NCBI GenBank assembly: GCA_965242925.1
Contig: CBDEUM010000009.1
Location: forward strand, 32,001 to 96,000
DNA: 64,000 nt
Direction: 5' to 3'
DNA from: Roseibacillus sp.
GTDB lineage: Bacteria; Verrucomicrobiota; Verrucomicrobiia; Verrucomicrobiales; Akkermansiaceae
Shown: positions 58,062 through 64,000 of the stretch, piece after piece
Numbering within the stretch: position 1 is the first letter of the stretch
Layout: each line of letters opens with the position of its first letter
The notes under the pieces: model-generated
Told to the model about the DNA's origin: nothing
Seen by the model: only the letters and a program-made list of their open reading frames with translations
The model's database searches: none
Program-made: the position numbers and the translations under genes

Positions 58062-58234
58062 AGCTGCCTCCCGCTACAGGTTAGTTTGGCACTAATGATT
58101 TTCAAATTTCATCGACTCCCAAGGCCATCAAAATCACCCATCGTTTTCCTTTTCATTGAAGCATCCTGGTTTGGAACACCGTCCGATCTCGAAAGTATTA
58201 CACCCAACCATATCTTCCTGCTCCCTCGCAAAAA

Positions 58235-58353
58235 CCCATTGACCTCAATAGGTGGTTTGCAAACATATCCGGCCCGTCGCGCAGCCCCCTGTCTCACCCT
58301 CTGCCACTCAAAGCCGGCTGCCCCCCGACCGCAAAATCCAAGAACAGAACCCA
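58235..58353 (+). promoter_or_regulatory. Putative promoter and conserved leader, shared with 62156-62284
   Basis: cccaTTGACC-N16-AAACAT (58239-58266) and aatccaagaacagaaccca (58335-58353). Confidence 0.55.
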
Positions 58354-58364
58354 CCCAGACTACG

Positions 58365-61300
58365 ATGAATATTCACATCTTATTTGCCTCCCTTCTCTGT
58401 GCAGTCGTGATGTTGCCGCTCCATGCTGCGGTGACTGATGGCCTGACAGTCTACTATAACTTTGACAACAACTCTGATGACAGCGCGGGGTCCCTGGACG
58501 GCAACGCCGACACTGTCGACGACAACCTCTCCTTCGCCTCCGGTCATTCCGGCTCTTACGGCCCCGGCCTTTTCGGCGGTGGAGCTTACCTTGGTTCCGG
58601 GCCGGGAACAGGTCACGCCGAAGCTCCCTTCAGTCCCGACGTCGACGGCGGCACCAATGGCGGACAGGTCCAGGCCATCACCGTGCAGTGGTGGGGGAAG
58701 GTCGCCCAATTCCAGACCGGCTGGCAAATTGGAGTGGGCCGCGGTGAGGGTGGCAACTGGCGCTTCCACCGCTGGGGCGTCAACCAGACCATGGCATGGC
58801 AGGGCGGCGGTGGTGACATCCATGGTGGAGCCAATGTCAACGACGGCCAGTGGCACCACTTCGTGGGCACCTCTGACCTGGCAAACAACAACCGCACCCT
58901 TTACATCGACGGTGTTGTGCAAGCCTCCCAGACCATGAGCGCGATCAACTCCGACCCCAATCTCCCCCTCATGATTGGTGAGAACCCGCAGGCCGTCAAC
59001 CGCGGGTGGAACGGTGAGATCGACGATGTGGCGATCTGGAACCGCCCCCTTTCTGCTGATGAGGTCGACGAGATCTACCAGGGAGGAGTTGCGGGCAACA
59101 GCCTGGAAGATCTGGCCGGTCCGCCGACAGACGACGACAACGACACCCTCCGCGATAACTGGGAACTGGACCGGACAGGCAACCTGACCGACCTGAACGG
59201 AACAGCCTGGGACGGCAATGGCGTGACCCCTGGACCCGGCGCGGGGACAGGTGACTTTGATGGTGATGGCCGCAGCGACCTCCAGGAGTACGACGATAGA
59301 ACCGATCCCACCAATGCCGACAGCGACGGCGACGGCTCCAGTGACGGCGAGGAAACCACTGCCGGCACCGACCCGCTGAATGCCGACAGCGACGGCGACG
59401 GCCTGTTCGATGGGGTGGAGACCGGCACCGGCATCTTTGTCGATGCCAACGACACCGGCACCGACCCCCTCGACATCGACACCGACGGCGACAATGCCAC
59501 CGACGGGTTTGAGGTGGGCGAAGGCACCGATCCGAACGATGCCGCCAGCACTCCGTCGATCCCGATCATCCAGCCCTCCTTCGTTCCCATCAATGAACTG
59601 GCCCCCGGCGCCTACGGGCCGGACTTCACCCAGAGAGGAGTGAACTACCAGGAGAACCACTACGGCGGCGGCGTCATCTTCAACAACAACGCCCTGAACA
59701 ACTACACCGTGCACACCTCGGGAGTTCCGGCCCCCACCGCCTCCTTCGATGCCATTGAACCCCTGACTGCCCATGGTAATGGCGGGGGAACCATCTCAAA
59801 CCACAACCGCCCCTGGCTCGACGCTGGCGGGGAGAACTTCACGGCGCGCTACAATGGCTACCTCGACATGACGGCCTTCAACCCGGGGACCTACAAGATC
59901 CACCTCGGGGCCGATGACACCAACTACTTCATCATGAACACCGCGGACGGTGATGTCATCTCACAGCACAACTGCTGCCCGGCGAACCAGGAGCACACCT
60001 TCACCATGAACATCCCCGGCATGTTCCCCTTCGACAATGTCTTCGGGGAGCAGGGCGGCGGCGACTGGACCGAAGTCGGCATCAGCGGCCCCGGTATCCC
60101 CGGGATCGCGGCCCTTGGTGACACCGCCAACGGCAGCCCCCCGGTCTATCCCATCGGAGCGGATGCGGAGGACAGTGACGACGATGATCTCCCGGACGGG
60201 TGGGAGACTTCCTGGGCCGCCATCAACGACCTGACCCAGTTGTCCGACACAGGGGACTTCGACGCCGACGGGCTCACCGACCTGGAGGAACTCACCGCCA
60301 GGACCAATCCCACCAATGCCGACAGCGACGGCGACGGAATCGCTGACGGGGCCGAAACCAACACCGGTACCTTTGTCAGCGCCAGTGACACCGGAACCGA
60401 TCCCCTCGATGTCGACAGCGACGATGACGGATTTGATGACGGGGAGGAGCTCGCCGGACTATTCAGCGATCCCACCGACCCGGATGATCCTCCGCCACCG
60501 CCTTTCGAACAGGACCTGATCGGCCAGTGGACATTTGATCCCGGCGAGGAACTTGTCGACAAGATTGGCAACTTCCCAGACCTGGCCCTGCAGGGCAATG
60601 CGGTGGTGGTTGATGGTGCGCTCGACGTGAACGGCGGGGGAACCACTGCTACCGGCTGGGCATATACCGCCGGCAACTACAGCGGACCCCTTATCGCTGA
60701 CAAGACACTGGTCTCGTGGTTCGCGCTCCAGAGCCTTGAGCATGTGGTCAAGGCCGGTTCAGTGATCACCCTGGACAAGGTGAGCAGCGACACATTCGAC
60801 GGCATCATCTTTGCCGAGCGCCAGTCCAACCGCTGGATGAACGGCAGTAGCTTCTTCCGGAGGACACAGGATTGGAATCCGGGATTTGCGGAGACCGTCG
60901 TCGGGGAGCCCATCATGATGGCAATCACCTATGAAGACACCGGCGGCGGACAGGTGCGCGTTACCGGTTACCGCAATGGTGAGGAGATCGGGTCATATGA
61001 CAGCGGCTCGTTCGTCACCTGGCCCACCAACGATGCTGAGGTCTTTTTCGGCCTGCGGCACGGCAGCGGCGGCGGCGGGCCAGGCGGGCTCGATGCGCTG
61101 ATCGATGAGGCGCGCATCTACGGACGCGCGGGCTCAGCTGCCCAGATCAGGGCCCTCTACCTCGCCGGTCCCGGCGGGGGAAACCTCATCAACGATCTCG
61201 GACTCGCGGTCAGCCTCGCCAGCAACGATCCCCTGACCATCCGCGCCGAGTTCAACACCCAGGTCGCGAGACAGTATGACCTCCTGGTCAGCCCCGTCCT

Positions 61301-61946
61301 CAACTCTCCACCTGAATCGTGGACGGAACTGGCCGGGTTCCAGGACCTCCCGGCCGACCCATCCGGACGGGCCAGCGTGGACTTCCCCGCCCCCTACGCG
61401 GGAACCGGTTTCATCGCAGTCCGCGAGGAGAGCCTTCCCGCCTTCTTCTCGGATGACTTCGAATCAGGTGCGGGTGACTGGGTTGCGGTTGTCAATGACG
61501 CCAGTAACAACACCCTCTGGGAACTGGGCACCCCTTCCGGCAGCACGGGACCGATCACGGGAGCCGACGACTCGGCCAACGCCTGGTCCACCAACCTGGG
61601 AGACTACGGAATGGACTCCGACATCTCGCTCTTCTCACCGCCCCTCGACTTCAGCGGTTTACCGGGCGCGGAGTTGACCTTCGAGGCTTTCCGGGATGCC
61701 GATGGCTTCGGGGACACCGCGACTGTCCGCTTCCGCCGGGTCGGTGACGATGTGCAACTGGGACCTGGCCATGACTTCGACATGACCGCCTTCGATACCT
61801 CCTACACCAGCATCAGTGTCCCGGTCCCGGTCGAGGCCCTTGGCGAGAATGTTCGCATCGAGTTCAACTTTGTCAGCGATGGAACCGCGGACGCCTTCAG
61901 CGGTCTCTCCATCGACAACGTGAACGTGGAAGTAGTCGCGCCCTAG
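58365..61946 (+). CDS. Secreted surface protein: LamG, Ca-binding TSP3-like repeats, PA14-like, repeats, LamG, C-terminal beta domain + MAM-like domain
   Basis: Signal peptide. LamG motifs NDGQWHHF...LYIDG...GEIDDVAIWNRPLS and LIDEARIY. DSDGDG repeats. PA14-like NFTARYNGYL...LGADD. Terminal SDDFESG...GLSIDNVNV. Confidence 0.85.
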   Translation: MNIHILFASLLCAVVMLPLHAAVTDGLTVYYNFDNNSDDSAGSLDGNADTVDDNLSFASGHSGSYGPGLFGGGAYLGSGPGTGHAEAPFSPDVDGGTNGGQVQAITVQWWGKVAQFQTGWQIGVGRGEGGNWRFHRWGVNQTMAWQGGGGDIHGGANVNDGQWHHFVGTSDLANNNRTLYIDGVVQASQTMSAINSDPNLPLMIGENPQAVNRGWNGEIDDVAIWNRPLSADEVDEIYQGGVAGNSLEDLAGPPTDDDNDTLRDNWELDRTGNLTDLNGTAWDGNGVTPGPGAGTGDFDGDGRSDLQEYDDRTDPTNADSDGDGSSDGEETTAGTDPLNADSDGDGLFDGVETGTGIFVDANDTGTDPLDIDTDGDNATDGFEVGEGTDPNDAASTPSIPIIQPSFVPINELAPGAYGPDFTQRGVNYQENHYGGGVIFNNNALNNYTVHTSGVPAPTASFDAIEPLTAHGNGGGTISNHNRPWLDAGGENFTARYNGYLDMTAFNPGTYKIHLGADDTNYFIMNTADGDVISQHNCCPANQEHTFTMNIPGMFPFDNVFGEQGGGDWTEVGISGPGIPGIAALGDTANGSPPVYPIGADAEDSDDDDLPDGWETSWAAINDLTQLSDTGDFDADGLTDLEELTARTNPTNADSDGDGIADGAETNTGTFVSASDTGTDPLDVDSDDDGFDDGEELAGLFSDPTDPDDPPPPPFEQDLIGQWTFDPGEELVDKIGNFPDLALQGNAVVVDGALDVNGGGTTATGWAYTAGNYSGPLIADKTLVSWFALQSLEHVVKAGSVITLDKVSSDTFDGIIFAERQSNRWMNGSSFFRRTQDWNPGFAETVVGEPIMMAITYEDTGGGQVRVTGYRNGEEIGSYDSGSFVTWPTNDAEVFFGLRHGSGGGGPGGLDALIDEARIYGRAGSAAQIRALYLAGPGGGNLINDLGLAVSLASNDPLTIRAEFNTQVARQYDLLVSPVLNSPPESWTELAGFQDLPADPSGRASVDFPAPYAGTGFIAVREESLPAFFSDDFESGAGDWVAVVNDASNNTLWELGTPSGSTGPITGADDSANAWSTNLGDYGMDSDISLFSPPLDFSGLPGAELTFEAFRDADGFGDTATVRFRRVGDDVQLGPGHDFDMTAFDTSYTSISVPVPVEALGENVRIEFNFVSDGTADAFSGLSIDNVNVEVVAP

Positions 61947-61966
61947 ACCGGATCAATCGATTCTCC

Positions 61967-62005
61967 AGGCGGTGAGGCCCCTGTGGCTTCACCGCCTTTT
62001 TGTTT
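61967..62005 (+). terminator. Intrinsic terminator
   Basis: aggcggtgaggcc-cctgt-ggcttcaccgcct followed by ttttgttt. Confidence 0.85.
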
Positions 62006-62155
62006 CCGTGCGCAGGTATGTGAAGGCCGGTGACAGATTTGAGGGAGGGAGGCCTCAACCTCCTCCCTGTCCTCTGGCGTCATCAATCCATCCTGACAAT
62101 CAGGAAGACCCCAAAACCCTTTTGCAGGATCCTGGAATCTGGCTTGGTGGTGATT

Positions 62156-62284
62156 CCCGTTGACCCGGACCTGCCAGTGAACAACATGGGAGCTAGTCCA
62201 AGGCCCTGGTTGAGAACTTAGCCGCAACCCTTGCCCCCATTGGGCTGCCTCCTCCACAACCATAGAATCCAAGAACAGAACCCA
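62156..62284 (+). promoter_or_regulatory. Putative promoter and conserved leader, shared with 58235-58353
   Basis: cccgTTGACC-N16-CAACAT (62160-62187) and aatccaagaacagaaccca (62266-62284). Confidence 0.55.
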
Positions 62285-62293
62285 GATATTAAG

Positions 62294-64000
62294 ATGAAGG
62301 CCCACACCTTATTCACCTCTCTTTCCATCCTGGCCGGCGGTGCAACCATCGCGAGCGCAGCCACCATAATCGGCGATGGCGCGGAGCGTCCCTTTGCCAC
62401 CGGAGGAAATGCCGATGGCTGGTCCGGAATCAGCGTGCTCGAAACCGCGATCATCGACTCTACCACCGTTCCCGGCGTGGGGGACCTTGTCGAAATCACG
62501 GAGGTGTCGATGTTGGCCGCGGGTGGGCGCGCGGGCGGATCACATCACCTTCAGGCCATCCTCATCGACTCCTCGAACCAGATCGCCTGGATCAGTCCTG
62601 AACTCACCCCGACGCAGGACGGCCACAATATCTTTCCCATTACTGGAGCGGAGCTGGTTGACGTCAGCGCCGAAACCTACCGACTCGGCGTCTGGCAGTG
62701 GAATGAGGGTGTTGATGACAACGCCGGTGGAACCATCGCCTTTGCGGGAGGTGGCGGTGGCGGGATGTTCCAGCAGAATCTCAATGGAACTCTCGGTGCC
62801 GGTGCCATTTCGATCGGCCACGATGTTTCGGGCGGGCAGCAGCACTCTTCAGGGGCAGGGGGCCGCGACTACCAGATCGATGTGGTGGCCACCCGTGTTG
62901 TGACCGCCGATAGCGATGGCGACGGGTTGCCGGATTCATGGGAAAACCGCAACAACCTCGATCCGAACGACAACGGCGAAGATCCGAATAACAACGGTGT
63001 TCCGGGTGATCCGGACCAAGGCGCTGACGGCGACCCGGACAACGACGGCCTGACGAATCTGGAGGAACTCGGCCTCCACACCGATCCGCAAAAGGACGAT
63101 ACCGACGACGATGGGATCTCTGACGGGGCCGAAACCAACACCGGCACCTTTGTCAACGCCAGTGACACCGGCACCGATCCTCGCGATGCCGACACCGATG
63201 GGGACGACCTGAGCGACGGAGTGGAGACTGGCACCGGCACCTTTGTCAGCACCAGTGACACCGGAACCGACCCCCTTGATGCCGACAGCGATGGGGACGG
63301 ATTTGACGATGGGTTCGAAATCAACAACCTGTCCGACCCGACCGACAACAATGACCGGCCCGAGGTAGCGTCCATCGTCAGCCTGGGAACCGGGACCGGT
63401 GCCCTCCTCGGTGGCGACCTGACTGATCCGGAAGATGACGGAGTCGAGGGACCCAACCCCGGATCCGGCAACTGGGACACCCTCTCCTGGAACTGGGTCC
63501 ATGTCACCGCCAGCAGCGAAGAATACTTCGGCAACCATGGCGGCAGCGAGGGGGCCTTTGACCTCTTCGACAATCAGGTAGGCGCTGGACAGGCCAAGTG
63601 GTGCTGCAACGGCCCTCCCCAGTGGCTCACAGTCGAATTTGCCGAACCCGTTGCCATTAATTCCTTCACCGTGACCTCCGGCAACGATGTGCCTGGCCGG
63701 GATCCGCTCACCTGGGGCATCTACGGATCGAATGATGGCGTCACTTTCAATCCCATCTTCGAGCAGGACGATCCGGTTTCGCTCTGGCCTCAACGCCTGG
63801 AGGTCGTCCTCTTTACCCTGCCCCGGCCCGCTCCGCCCTACCGGTTCATCAAGTACGAGGTAACCGCAACGGGCGATAATAATCACCAGATCAATGAGAT
63901 CGAATATTTCGGGGCTGTCGCCTCTGACAGACTTCAACTCGAGGTAGCCCGTTCTCCCCTCGATCTCGCCATGCTCCGCCTCACCTGGCCCAGCACTTCA
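62294..64000 (+). CDS. Secreted surface protein (unknown N-terminal domain, TSP3-like Ca repeats, discoidin/F5-8C-like domain), 3'-truncated; absent from the ORF track
   Basis: My translation from ATG 62294 stays open to the window end: MKAHTLFTSLSILAGGATIASAA..., DSDGDGLPDSWE, FDLFDNQVG..KWCC..QWLTVEF..FTVTSGND..RDP..W.IYGSNDG, then LRLTWPS. Confidence 0.85.
   Translation, partial: MKAHTLFTSLSILAGGATIASAATIIGDGAERPFATGGNADGWSGISVLETAIIDSTTVPGVGDLVEITEVSMLAAGGRAGGSHHLQAILIDSSNQIAWISPELTPTQDGHNIFPITGAELVDVSAETYRLGVWQWNEGVDDNAGGTIAFAGGGGGGMFQQNLNGTLGAGAISIGHDVSGGQQHSSGAGGRDYQIDVVATRVVTADSDGDGLPDSWENRNNLDPNDNGEDPNNNGVPGDPDQGADGDPDNDGLTNLEELGLHTDPQKDDTDDDGISDGAETNTGTFVNASDTGTDPRDADTDGDDLSDGVETGTGTFVSTSDTGTDPLDADSDGDGFDDGFEINNLSDPTDNNDRPEVASIVSLGTGTGALLGGDLTDPEDDGVEGPNPGSGNWDTLSWNWVHVTASSEEYFGNHGGSEGAFDLFDNQVGAGQAKWCCNGPPQWLTVEFAEPVAINSFTVTSGNDVPGRDPLTWGIYGSNDGVTFNPIFEQDDPVSLWPQRLEVVLFTLPRPAPPYRFIKYEVTATGDNNHQINEIEYFGAVASDRLQLEVARSPLDLAMLRLTWPSTS

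Larger units (their letters stand above)
59250..63330 (+). repeat. Asp-rich DxDGDG / ETxTGTFVxxSDTGTDP repeat blocks in two adjacent genes (~59250-59545, ~60170-60490, ~62905-63330)
   Basis: Near-identical DNA, e.g. tgacggggccgaaaccaacaccgg at ~60344 and 63121, and ccagtgacaccggaaccga at ~60382 and ~63252. Confidence 0.85.

Noticed and set aside
58086..58105. TTGGCAC as a sigma54 -24 element
   Set aside because: No GC/TTGC at the required -12 spacing.
62040..62075. Purine/pyrimidine hairpin (agggaggg...cctccct) as a riboswitch or ncRNA
   Set aside because: A single hairpin with no recognisable aptamer consensus, lying upstream of the predicted promoter.

Overview
GC-rich bacterial chromosome segment, most likely Verrucomicrobiota (inferred from the PEP-CTERM, PVC-type heme-CxxCH/DUF7133, DUF1501, SHD1 and CotH/lamin-tail proteins). 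It holds about 35 protein genes, one tRNA-Cys and no recognisable mobile element or CRISPR array. Housekeeping and metabolic genes are rsgA, tdh, an aldA-like dehydrogenase, a squalene/phytoene synthase and a rhomboid protease. Most other genes encode exported proteins. Main observations: (1) A 15.6-kb minus-strand locus (14820-30451) downstream of tRNA-Cys encodes two different secreted CotH-type kinases, an FG-GAP/ASPIC lipoprotein, a PEP-CTERM protein and a non-catalytic surface protein. Four of these five genes share five copies of one ~175-aa discoidin-like module attached to three different C-terminal tails. (2) These tails recur in unrelated surface proteins 40 kb away, suggesting an uncharacterised sorting or anchoring signal. 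(3) An NtrC-like regulator lacks the GAFTGA loop, and helically phased TGNTCA arrays lie in front of its operon and the adjacent TonB receptor. (4) There is a beta-propeller/di-heme/ankyrin fusion protein. (5) There is a circularly permuted CBM32-like domain. (6) Two tandem surface-protein genes share a promoter and leader. Three genes are split by small indels, either assembly errors or recent pseudogenes. All calls come from motif reading by eye; no database searches were run.
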